NCBI GenBank assembly: GCA_030148305.1
Contig: JASBTS010000097.1
Span: 25,631-89,630, forward strand
From: Allomuricauda sp.
GTDB lineage: Bacteria; Bacteroidota; Bacteroidia; Flavobacteriales; Flavobacteriaceae
Direction: 5' to 3'
Length of the DNA: 64,000 nt
The notes below the pieces were generated by a model. The model saw only the letters and a program-made list of their open reading frames with translations, searched no databases and had not been told where the DNA came from. Position 1 is the first letter of the stretch. Each line of letters starts with the position of its first letter. Both the position numbers and the translations under genes were made by a program. Shown piece after piece: positions 9,112 through 18,016 of this stretch.

Positions 9112-12100
9112 TTAAAATTTTAAATCTATCCCGAGTGTGTAGGTCTTTACATTAGGATACGCGGCCACCAGGTTTGTTGGGTCCTGGTCGGTACCTTGTA
9201 ATCTAGGGTCGTATCCATTGGTTTCAGGATCCACTCCTTTGAACGGGGTGATTACGAACAAGTTTTGGGCATCAAACCTGATGGCCGCACTGTGCAATAG
9301 CTTTCCGGTCAATTTGGAAGGTAAGGTATAGGATAAGGATAGGTTTTGTAATCGGATGAACCATGCATCTTGCAAGAAAAAGTCCCCTGCACTATATGGA
9401 GTATAGCCATAATGCGAGGCTGGTCTTGTATTGGTCGGATTGTCCGGTGTCCATCTATCATAGATGTTTCGTAGGGCATTACGTCCGTTTTGCCAAACAC
9501 CATCCGCAGAAACCCCTAGGGCAAGATCGGTGGCATCAACGATCTCTCTTCCGAACATACCGTTGAAATGGAAGTTCAGTTGAAAGTTTTTATATTGGAA
9601 ACTGTTACTGAAACCTGCTATGAAATCGGGATCGGTTGAGCCCAATAAAACGATATCTGCCTCATCAATAATGCCATCTGGCTCCCCTGTTGCAACAAAC
9701 CTTCCGTTTTCATCAACTATCGGGTTACCTTCACCGTCCCGGGAAAATCCATTGATGTCCTTGATCTTTATTTGACCGGGGAATAGATCGGGCTGGGCGG
9801 GGACCGTTTCGCCGATCTGCATCACACCGTCGGACAGATAGGAGTAACGTGCACGGATCGGATCATCATCTTTTTGATAGATGCTAGGTTTCCAATCCGG
9901 GGCTCTTTCCTTCCATCTATCCCTGAATTTGGAAAAGACAAGCGTACTTCTCCATTTAAAATCCTTGGTGTCAACATTTGTAGTGTTCAACGTTAATTCT
10001 AGCCCCTTGCTTTGGGTGGACCCTACGTTTGCCCAAACAGTATTGATTTCATTATACGAGTTAATCGGCTTCAACTGAATTAAATCTGAAATTTCTTTGT
10101 TGTATACTTCAAATGACCCAGATAGTCTTCCTTTCAAAATTGCAAAGTCTAGACCGAGGTTGATTTCTTTTGTGGTCTCCCACTTCAGATCTGGATTTTC
10201 CAATCTTATAGGAAAAGCACCAATTAAAATCTCTTCATTTTCGCCTAAATAAGCTGGGGAAAACGTAAGTGCAGAGAAAGCATTCTCTTGAAATTGAGAA
10301 TTTCCAGTTTCACCGTACGCAACTCTTAATTTTAACTGTGAAATTTGATCATTTAAGCCTTTCATAAAAGGTTCAGCTGCAATGTCCCAGCCCAAAGCAA
10401 TAGATGGGAAAATGGCAAAAGCATGATTTCTGGCAAATTTACTTGATCCATCTCTTCTTATTGAAGACATCAAAATATACCTATCTTTATAGGTGTAATT
10501 TAGTCTACCAAAATAAGATACCCAGTTTTCTTCATTTTTAAATGAGCCAACCACTTTGTTGTCTCCACCTGAATTAAGGTTGTTCCATAAAAAAGCATCG
10601 GTACTAAATCCCTGGTTTCCCATTGAAGATCCTTCTCCTCTATATTTTTGTCGGGAATACCCTACCAAGAAATTAAAGTTGTGGTCTTCATTTATGATTT
10701 TGGAATACGTTAAAGTGATATCAAAAAGTGCATCGTTCTTTTTTTCGTTTGCTATTGTTGCTTTACCATTTTCCAATGCACCGTACAATGTGGTTCTGGG
10801 CAAATAGGTATTCCTACTGGTATAACCTTGGTCTATACCCGCTTGAAACCTGGCCACCAAACCTTCCAATGGTTTTATTTCCACAAAAAAGTTGGTAAGG
10901 GTCCTATCGATAACCCCTTTATCAGTAATGGTCAGTAGTGAATATGGGTTGGGTTCTTGTGAATTGTCTGGATTTAAAGGATAATTTCCATTCTCATCAA
11001 TGGCCTGAATGTGGGGACCGTACTGCAATGCTGATCGAAGAAGTCCAGAATTCTCATAACGATCTCCACCCAATTGACTGTTGTCATTGTTGACCCTGCT
11101 CATGGTAAAATTCATCCCTACCGATAAGAAATCATATAGTTTTTGATCGAGGTTGAATCGCAGTGATGCTCTTTCAAATGCTGAATTCTTTAGAATCCCT
11201 TTTTGCTCATACAAGTTCCCGGATAAAAAATATCTCGTGGTTTCGGTGCCTCCTCTGATTGAAAGGTTGTGCTGTTGAGTGGTTCCATCCCTGGTCACCA
11301 ATCCCAACCAATCCGTACTTTCCCCAGCGTTGTTTATCTGGTCGTCAGAATAGAATCTAGTGAAGGCCACACCATTAACGGGATTGGCAATGGCCTCCTC
11401 TAAAGTTCTACTGCGGGTATTGCCACTACTGTAGGGTTCAACCCTGTTTTGGAAAAGCCAGTTTTCATAAGCGGCATCATTTCGTAACTTCATCCATTCC
11501 TTCAAACTCAACACGTCAAAACTATCGTTATAGGCCTGTAACGAAATTGAAGAGGAATAACTTACCTCCACTTTTCCGGAAGCCCCTTTTTTGGTTGTGA
11601 TTAAAATAACCCCGTTTGCGGCCCTAGCTCCATAAATTGCGGTGGAACTGGCATCTTTTAAAACGGAGATGGATTCAATGTCATTGGGGTTGAAAGAGTT
11701 CAAGATACTTTGCGTTCCTCCACTATACCTATTCCCTGTACTAGGTTGTTGAAGATCCTGTATAGGAAACCCATCAACAACTATTAAAGGGTCGTTGCTG
11801 GCATTTATTGATCCTGCACCCCTGATCTGAAAATTCAGTCCCCCTCCAGGTTGTGCACTGTTCTGGGTAATTTGCAAACCTGAAACCTTACCTCTAAGCA
11901 CATCCCCAATGGAAGGAGAGGAGGACAGCACCAACTCTTTCGTATCCACTGTTGAAATGGCTCCGGCTATATCTTTCTTCCTTTGGGTTCCATAGCCGAC
12001 CACGACAACTTCATCCAACAAGGTATTGTCCGGGACCATGGAGGCATTGATAACCGAATCGTTACCTATCGATTTTTCTTGGGGGAGATAACCGACATAG

Positions 12101-12417
12101 GAAAACACAATAGTGGTTGCACCGCCCTTGATGGTCAAGCTGTAATTTCCATCAAAATCCGTTGAGGTACCTGTGGTGGTTCCTTTCACAAAAACAGTTG
12201 CCCCGGGAAGCGGAACCCCCATTTCATCTGTGACAGTACCCGTAATCACTCTATCTTGAGGCTGAGCAGTCTCAATTACGGAGTTCTCATTTGGTGAATA
12301 GGTTTCTGCTTTTACATTGAAAAAGAAAACCAACATCGCTAAAACGGTCAGCTTTATTTTCAAATCAAAATAGAACCCAACACCCTTTCCTCTGAGTAGT
12401 TTCATATTTTTTTTCAT
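9112..12417 (-). CDS. susC: SusC/RagA TonB-dependent transporter
   Basis: CarboxypepD-like N-domain (GTVTDEMGVPLPGATV), VVVGYGTQ, DIESISVLKDASSTAIYGARAANGVILITTKKG, NPDLKWETT, C-terminal F. Confidence 0.95.
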   Translation of the reverse strand: MKKNMKLLRGKGVGFYFDLKIKLTVLAMLVFFFNVKAETYSPNENSVIETAQPQDRVITGTVTDEMGVPLPGATVFVKGTTTGTSTDFDGNYSLTIKGGATTIVFSYVGYLPQEKSIGNDSVINASMVPDNTLLDEVVVVGYGTQRKKDIAGAISTVDTKELVLSSSPSIGDVLRGKVSGLQITQNSAQPGGGLNFQIRGAGSINASNDPLIVVDGFPIQDLQQPSTGNRYSGGTQSILNSFNPNDIESISVLKDASSTAIYGARAANGVILITTKKGASGKVEVSYSSSISLQAYNDSFDVLSLKEWMKLRNDAAYENWLFQNRVEPYSSGNTRSRTLEEAIANPVNGVAFTRFYSDDQINNAGESTDWLGLVTRDGTTQQHNLSIRGGTETTRYFLSGNLYEQKGILKNSAFERASLRFNLDQKLYDFLSVGMNFTMSRVNNDNSQLGGDRYENSGLLRSALQYGPHIQAIDENGNYPLNPDNSQEPNPYSLLTITDKGVIDRTLTNFFVEIKPLEGLVARFQAGIDQGYTSRNTYLPRTTLYGALENGKATIANEKKNDALFDITLTYSKIINEDHNFNFLVGYSRQKYRGEGSSMGNQGFSTDAFLWNNLNSGGDNKVVGSFKNEENWVSYFGRLNYTYKDRYILMSSIRRDGSSKFARNHAFAIFPSIALGWDIAAEPFMKGLNDQISQLKLRVAYGETGNSQFQENAFSALTFSPAYLGENEEILIGAFPIRLENPDLKWETTKEINLGLDFAILKGRLSGSFEVYNKEISDLIQLKPINSYNEINTVWANVGSTQSKGLELTLNTTNVDTKDFKWRSTLVFSKFRDRWKERAPDWKPSIYQKDDDPIRARYSYLSDGVMQIGETVPAQPDLFPGQIKIKDINGFSRDGEGNPIVDENGRFVATGEPDGIIDEADIVLLGSTDPDFIAGFSNSFQYKNFQLNFHFNGMFGREIVDATDLALGVSADGVWQNGRNALRNIYDRWTPDNPTNTRPASHYGYTPYSAGDFFLQDAWFIRLQNLSLSYTLPSKLTGKLLHSAAIRFDAQNLFVITPFKGVDPETNGYDPRLQGTDQDPTNLVAAYPNVKTYTLGIDLKF

Positions 12418-12470
12418 ATTTTACGTTGGTGATTTATTAGTTATTAGGAGATTTTTAAGTCACGTTTTAC

Positions 12471-12500
12471 AGCCGGAAAATGCCGCAATATTTTCCGGCT
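12471..12500 (-). promoter_or_regulatory. GC-rich leader hairpin upstream of susC
   Basis: Perfect 11-bp stem AGCCGGAAAAT / ATTTTCCGGCT with an 8-nt loop, 53 nt upstream of the susC ATG; no U-tract. Confidence 0.6.
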
Positions 12501-12633
12501 TCTAAAATCGGTTCAGAGTCGTTGGTTTTTTTCATGTTTCATTTTAGTTTGTTATTTGATTGTTTCTGGTTTTAAGTGCATCTATCTTTTGGAATTATTT
12601 GTTTTCCAATAAGTTATGGGTCGTTATATTAAA

Positions 12634-13728
12634 TTAATCGGTCGCTACGGATTCAAGTATTCTTGCCCCGGAGTCCACGCTGACTTCATAGGCCGCTATT
12701 CCTCCTGCGTTTAAAATACCTTCAATTACCTGGTCTTTCTTTTCCTCCGGAGCCAATACCACAATACTGCCCCCTCCACCAGAGCCAACGATTTTGGCAC
12801 CGTAGGCCCCCGCGCTCAAGGCTCCTTCTATCATTTTATCAATTCTGGGCACAGTGATTTTCAGAATGTTTTTAAGGATATCATGGTGTTCGTTCATCAA
12901 TGCGCCGATCCTTTGAAAATCCGGTTGGGGTTTCCTGAATTCAGTTAGTGCCTTTTGGGTTATATCGTGATTTGTTATGGCCGCGTACAAGTAGCTTTTC
13001 AGGTCATCGGGAACATGGACCAAATATTTTTGCAGATCCTCCTTTTTGGCGGTTTTGATATCAAAATCCTTGATTTTACTTTCTACTGCCTCAATGGATA
13101 ACTTCGCCTTGGTCCTTAATTCGCTCAAGAGCCCCAGTGTTTTCTTCGGAATACCGGATTCCCCGATGATAATGCCCTGTAAAGGTTGATTTATCACTTC
13201 AAATGAAAAATCATCCCCCGTTTCAATGAATACGATATTGCCCAACCCAATGCTATACTGGTCCATTTTTCCACCCGGGGCCTTTTGTTCCAATACTTCC
13301 GACTCATAGGCCAACTGGGAGATCAATTCCGGTGTTACCTCGGCATCTATCCCGAAGGCTTCAATTAAAAAGTTGACCCAGGACACAACAACGGCGGAAG
13401 AGCTTGAGGTACCTGCGTTGATCGGTAAATTTCCTTTTATCTCTATATCATAACCTTTGTCAGGAACACAATTGTAACGCCTCAAAACTTTTAGGGCATG
13501 CAATAGATGATCTCCCTTTTCTATGTTCTCTAGGTTGGCATTTATAGGGATGATCCTCTTTTGGTTGATATCCGGTTTGTTGATGTTAAAGACCTGTAGT
13601 CCGTTCTCAACTGCCGTTAATTTTATTCTCCTGCTGATGGCACATGCAATAACGGGTAGTCCCAGGTAATCCTGATGGTCTCCGAACAAACATGTTCTTC
13701 CAGGGGCAAGTGATATTATTTTTTTCAT
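12634..13728 (-). CDS. GHMP-family sugar kinase (galactokinase-like; possibly a GalNAc/GalN kinase)
   Basis: APGRTCLFGDHQDY, PINAGTSSSSA, GKMDQ and GAKIVGSGGGG motifs; divergent from the canonical GalK at 34077. Confidence 0.85.
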   Translation of the reverse strand: MKKIISLAPGRTCLFGDHQDYLGLPVIACAISRRIKLTAVENGLQVFNINKPDINQKRIIPINANLENIEKGDHLLHALKVLRRYNCVPDKGYDIEIKGNLPINAGTSSSSAVVVSWVNFLIEAFGIDAEVTPELISQLAYESEVLEQKAPGGKMDQYSIGLGNIVFIETGDDFSFEVINQPLQGIIIGESGIPKKTLGLLSELRTKAKLSIEAVESKIKDFDIKTAKKEDLQKYLVHVPDDLKSYLYAAITNHDITQKALTEFRKPQPDFQRIGALMNEHHDILKNILKITVPRIDKMIEGALSAGAYGAKIVGSGGGGSIVVLAPEEKKDQVIEGILNAGGIAAYEVSVDSGARILESVATD

Positions 13729-13792
13729 TTAAATGTTTGAAAATGTGTTGGTTAAGAGTCTTATTGCTATTAAATTTTTGTTAAAAAATCAT

Positions 13793-13800
13793 CAAATTTA
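13793..13800 (-). promoter_or_regulatory. Bacteroidota -7 promoter element for the kinase-susC operon
   Basis: TAAATTTG on the minus strand matches TAnnTTTG, 65 nt upstream of the kinase ATG; no clear -33 element. Confidence 0.5.
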
Positions 13801-13862
13801 GACCCACGTTGCTAACGAATGTATCTGTTTTTTTTTAATAAAAAAAGAAAACAAGCAAAAAA

Positions 13863-13943
13863 TGTGTTCGAACACACAAAAAAATGTTTTCGAGCACACC
13901 AAAATCGTGTTTACGAACACATTATTTTTTGTCAACGAACATT
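13863..13943. promoter_or_regulatory. Array of four LacI-type operators
   Basis: TGTGTTCGAACACA (13863, perfect palindrome), TGTTTTCGAGCACA (13885), TGTTTACGAACACA (13908) and TGTCAACGAACATT (13930). All have a central CG and are spaced 22/23/22 bp. Confidence 0.75.
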
Positions 13944-13947
13944 GTTA

Positions 13948-13955
13948 TATATTTG
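13948..13955 (+). promoter_or_regulatory. -7 promoter element of the lacI-family gene
   Basis: TATATTTG (TAnnTTTG) 7 nt before the ATG at 13963, with TTTG at 13928-13931. Confidence 0.55.
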
Positions 13956-13962
13956 CCTAAAT

Positions 13963-15006
13963 ATGAAGAAATACACGATCAAGGATATTGCTGAACAGGC
14001 AGGAGTATCAAAAGGCACTGTGGATAGGGTAATCCACAAAAGGGGCAAGGTTTCCCAAGAGGCCTTGGAAAAGGTCACCAGAATACTTGATGAAATAGAC
14101 TACAAGCCCAATCCAATTGCACAGAGCCTAAAAAACAATAAGGTTTACCAAATATGTGTTGTTTTGCCTGATCCCAAAGAAGACAACTTTTGGATTCCTT
14201 GTGTTGATGGTGTAAATCAGGCCATAGAAGAATTCAGATCTTTTTTGGTAGATATTAAATTGTTCTTTTATGGTCCAAGCAGTACCAAATCCTTCAAGGA
14301 AGTCAATGAAAAGATATTGAAACTGGCACCCGATGCCGTGCTACTTTCACCGCTATTTCAGAAAGAGAGTATCAATGCCGTAAAAAATTACAGAGCGGCA
14401 GGTATAGTGGTAAGTACGTTCAATAGCCAAATAGACTTGGAACAAACAGTCAGTTTTGTGGGACAAGATTTGTATCAAAGTGGGAGGGTGGCCGCTAAGC
14501 TTATGCATACGATTGTTCCGGATAACCATGACATTGTAATCTGTCACTTTAATGAAACCCTGAACAATGCCATACACATGCAGCAAAAAGAAAAGGGGTT
14601 TAGGGACTATTTCAATAGTTTGAAGGGAACCGATCATAAAATATTGACCCTAAGTATAGACCAAACGAACCCTGACCTGTCCCTGATCAATTTTTTGGAA
14701 TCGAACAATAAAGCCTTGGGTTTTTTTGTGACCACATCCAAGTCATACAATTTGGTGGAGATGCTTCAGGGTCATAGCCACATGGATATCAAAGTCATTG
14801 GTTATGATCTTTTGGATAAGAACAACGATCTTTTGAAAAAGAACAAGATTTCATTTTTAATACACCAGAGCCCAAAAACCCAAACTTATATTGGATTAAC
14901 AAATTTGATAGAACATTTTTTGTTCAACAAGGAAATACCCAATAAAAAACTGTTGCCCATAGGGATCGTGAATTCTGAAAATTTGATTACCTATCTGGAA
15001 AATTAG
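13963..15006 (+). CDS. LacI-family transcriptional regulator
   Basis: HTH YTIKDIAEQAGVSKGTVDRVIHKRGKVS, hinge YKPNPIAQSL and a periplasmic-binding-fold effector domain. Start moved from 13819 to MKKYTIKD. Confidence 0.92.
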   Translation: MKKYTIKDIAEQAGVSKGTVDRVIHKRGKVSQEALEKVTRILDEIDYKPNPIAQSLKNNKVYQICVVLPDPKEDNFWIPCVDGVNQAIEEFRSFLVDIKLFFYGPSSTKSFKEVNEKILKLAPDAVLLSPLFQKESINAVKNYRAAGIVVSTFNSQIDLEQTVSFVGQDLYQSGRVAAKLMHTIVPDNHDIVICHFNETLNNAIHMQQKEKGFRDYFNSLKGTDHKILTLSIDQTNPDLSLINFLESNNKALGFFVTTSKSYNLVEMLQGHSHMDIKVIGYDLLDKNNDLLKKNKISFLIHQSPKTQTYIGLTNLIEHFLFNKEIPNKKLLPIGIVNSENLITYLEN

Positions 15007-15649
15007 GACTCCCTTCCCCAAGTATCAGTGTGCCAAATGATGTGGCAGTATGGAAATTGGGAGTTTCTGTTTTGGGGTCCACCCAGGAAATCCAAATGGG
15101 TTCATATGTGGAAGCGTCCACTTTTTGGTACTTTGCCCGAAAAATTCCCGTTTCAATTTTATTGTTTTGGATCAAGTTCAGTTTTTCCAAGGATGCCTTA
15201 CCAATACTCCCTTCAACAATATACCCATTGCAGTCGGAGTGGGATTTTACGATCAAATTGTTTTCGGGCCACTTCCAATCAAAATCAAAGACCCTGTTAG
15301 GAAGTGCCTTGAAATCCATGATTCTTGGCGTTGGGTCGATTTCCAGACAATAATACGGGGTAAGCGAATCGTCTTGTCTAAAAAACAACTCGACCCTGTC
15401 GGAAACATTTATGCTCTCATTACCAATCCCCATTTTATCTATATGGATACTGGTGTCAACAACCTGGAACATGAAATATAAATTTTCGTTATCCCATAAG
15501 GCCCTAAATTCTGTTGGTGTTATAGGTAAGTCACGCCAAGGTGAACAAAAGTCGGTTAAGACATTGGCCTTTTTCCATAACCGATCATCCGCCTTTCCGG
15601 TAATTCCCAATTGATTCGCGGGGATATGGTTTACTTTATATTCTTTCAT
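14987..15649 (-). CDS. CBM9-like (DOMON-like) sugar-binding protein without a signal peptide
   Basis: ITGKADDRLWKKA..LTDF..PW, FRALWDNENLYFMFQVVD, SDRVELFF, YYCLEID and TPNFH..SFG; overlaps the lacI 3' end by 20 bp. Confidence 0.75.
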   Translation of the reverse strand: MKEYKVNHIPANQLGITGKADDRLWKKANVLTDFCSPWRDLPITPTEFRALWDNENLYFMFQVVDTSIHIDKMGIGNESINVSDRVELFFRQDDSLTPYYCLEIDPTPRIMDFKALPNRVFDFDWKWPENNLIVKSHSDCNGYIVEGSIGKASLEKLNLIQNNKIETGIFRAKYQKVDASTYEPIWISWVDPKTETPNFHTATSFGTLILGEGSPNFPDR

Positions 15650-15825
15650 TTATCCATTGGTGTTTCTTTTTGTGAATTTCAGAATAATTTAAAAACAATT
15701 GGGTCAGCTCAGTGGTTTATCTTTTAAAAGATTCAAATATGGAATATTGAAGAGGTACTTTTAATGAGATTCAAGGGCATGGGGAAGTACTCATAAAGTT
15801 ATGGTAAGTTGCATGGAAAGGATAA

Positions 15826-15921
15826 AATAATTTGGTGAAGTCCAACCCAAAGAAAGTTTCAGAATTGCTCGAGTTGCACAAAAGATGGCTCAAATCGGTA
15901 AATAACGAAATGAAGCCATAG
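15826..15921 (+). pseudogene. Probable remnant of a sulfatase C-terminus
   Basis: Translates NNLVKSNPKKVSELLELHKRWLKSVNNEMKP*, matching the 'E.NNLA..xPEKV.EL...H..W' tail of S1 sulfatases; in-frame TAA at 15823 and no start codon. Confidence 0.45.
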
Positions 15922-16068
15922 TGTGACCACATGTAGAAATGCGGCCAAAAGTATTCACTACAAATGGTTCTGCTTTTCTATGATTTAAAATTTTAAAACA
16001 TATCCAGATTTATTTGGTATGCCCTATGAAGCAAATTAAAATGATTTGGGTTAGTTTAGTTAATCAGT

Positions 16069-16098
16069 GAGAGCGGTTCTATGGGCCGCGTCTCTTTT
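16069..16098 (+). terminator. Orphan intrinsic terminator
   Basis: GAGAGCGGTTC-TAT-GGGCCGCGTCTC followed by TTTT; no intact + strand gene directly upstream. Confidence 0.55.
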
Positions 16099-16157
16099 GT
16101 TAAATATCAAGGATTCTTTTTTAAATTAGAAGAATCAATATCCGAAATGACCATACC

Positions 16158-17693
16158 ATGAACCGTAACATCTTAAATGTTTTTCTTTTTTTGACCTGTA
16201 TCTTATTGTTTAATCATTCTTTGATTGCCCAAAGCCCTGTGGAACAAATCCAGGTTATCCCAGGGGAGCTGCCAGATCCTTCCATAATTGAAGTTGAGGG
16301 CATTTATTATGCTGCCGGGACTTCCGGGGATTGGGCACCTATTTATCCCATCTATACATCCACCGATTTAAAGAATTGGGAACTTTTGGGGCATGTGTTC
16401 CAAGAAACACCGGAATGGACTATGTCCAGTTTTTGGGCGCCGGAGCTTTATTATAAGGATGGTACTTTCTATTGTTATTATACGGCAAGGGCAAAGGATG
16501 GCATTTCAAAAATAGGTGTCGCCACAACCAAAGATATTTCAAAAGGGTTTGAGGATAAAGGGGTCATAATAGAATGGGGTAATGAGGCCATTGATGCTTT
16601 TGTTTATGAAGACAGGGGTACACCTTATATTACATGGAAGGCATATGGACTGGAACCTAGTAAACCAGTTACGCTTTTGGGCTCAAAATTGTCAAGCGAT
16701 GGTTTGTCGCTTGTTGACGAAGAATTTGTTACCATCACTGCAGATGATACCCCATTTGAAGACAATATGATAGAAGGGCAGTGTATTGTTAAAAGAAACG
16801 GTTATCTGTACATGATTTACTCAGGCAATGGATGTTGTGGTCCACAATGTAACTATCAAGTTGGAGTTGCACGGGCCAAAAGTATGGAAGGCCCTTGGGA
16901 GAAAGCTCCAAGCAATCCCTTGATTATAGGGAACACTTCGTGGAAATGTCCTGGGCATGGTACGGTAATCCATACAAATGACAAGTGGTACTACCTTTAC
17001 CATGCCTACAATACTAAAGGCTTTCCAACACTGGGGCGGGCAGCTGTATTTAGCGAAATGTACTGGGATGAAAGTACTGGCTGGCCCTATTTTAAAGTGG
17101 AAGAGGAAACCTCCGATAAGGATAGGCTTGTAAAAAACATTACCGATGACTTTGATCAGGCCTCATTGAACAAATTTTGGCGTAAAAACTTACTGGCTAC
17201 TGATTTTGATATTCAACTTAACAATGGTGAATTAAAGTTGACAGAGACACATCCCGATTCCAAAAATAAGACAGGGGCCGTTTTATGTGTGATTCCTGAT
17301 GATTCTGATTTTGAGTTTTCCATAAAAGTTAAAAATACCAACCAAGCGCTTAAGGGTCTTGTGTTTTATACTACAAAGGATAAAAGCCTGGGTCTGGGTG
17401 TAAAAGGGGAAAAGTTGCTATTGTGGAAGATAGCCGATGGAAACTACGAGGAAATTGCCAGTGTAACATTGAAAAATGCAGGGAATGTTTGGCTTAAGGC
17501 CAAAGTGACCAATTCCCAAAAAATTGATTTCAGTTACCAAACCGCAAATGAGGAATGGAAATCATTGAATGCATTGGAAGGGGATAACCTCGTATGGTGG
17601 TCTTCCGGAATGAAAGTGGGAATACAGATTAAGAAAGACAACATTTCTGGGGATGCCGAAGGCAAGTTCGATGATTTTAGCATAAAATATTAG
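16158..17693 (+). CDS. GH43 glycoside hydrolase with C-terminal beta-sandwich domain
   Basis: Signal peptide; PDPSII (base), FWAPEL, AIDAFV (pKa modulator), IEGQ (acid) and PGHG motifs. Confidence 0.9.
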   Translation: MNRNILNVFLFLTCILLFNHSLIAQSPVEQIQVIPGELPDPSIIEVEGIYYAAGTSGDWAPIYPIYTSTDLKNWELLGHVFQETPEWTMSSFWAPELYYKDGTFYCYYTARAKDGISKIGVATTKDISKGFEDKGVIIEWGNEAIDAFVYEDRGTPYITWKAYGLEPSKPVTLLGSKLSSDGLSLVDEEFVTITADDTPFEDNMIEGQCIVKRNGYLYMIYSGNGCCGPQCNYQVGVARAKSMEGPWEKAPSNPLIIGNTSWKCPGHGTVIHTNDKWYYLYHAYNTKGFPTLGRAAVFSEMYWDESTGWPYFKVEEETSDKDRLVKNITDDFDQASLNKFWRKNLLATDFDIQLNNGELKLTETHPDSKNKTGAVLCVIPDDSDFEFSIKVKNTNQALKGLVFYTTKDKSLGLGVKGEKLLLWKIADGNYEEIASVTLKNAGNVWLKAKVTNSQKIDFSYQTANEEWKSLNALEGDNLVWWSSGMKVGIQIKKDNISGDAEGKFDDFSIKY

Positions 17694-18016
17694 AAAGGTG
17701 GTGTATCCTCCCAAAATTTAGTTGATCTTGTCCCTAAATATCGACTTGGAGATATTTACTTCACGAAAGTACATGGATCTGGGATTTTACGATACACCAG
17801 ACATATTTGGAAATATTCTTAATTTCCTGTTTTGTTATGAACAACCCTCATGAATTTGAACAAGGAGTTTCGGGTTTGTGGCAAAATGGACACCGGCCAT
17901 GTAACACTATGTTAAATGGAGGCATGGCCCTGAGAGGAATGGTAAATAGCTCCCTATGATTCTTGATGGTTCCAAAGTTGTGGTGCTAGAAAAAAGAATT
18001 TTCAAAATTTAAGGCT

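Noticed and set aside
13863-13943. Regularly spaced palindromic repeats as a mini-CRISPR
   Set aside because: Repeats are 14 bp with 8-9 bp gaps, degenerate, and no cas genes are present. LacI operators explain them better.
13819-13962. 48-aa N-terminal extension of the LacI ORF
   Set aside because: It spans the operator array and promoter; the HTH begins right after the ATG at 13963.
17694-18016. Possible ~40-codon ORF or gene remnant between GH43 and the hybrid sensor
   Set aside because: No recognisable motif, signal peptide or convincing initiation context.
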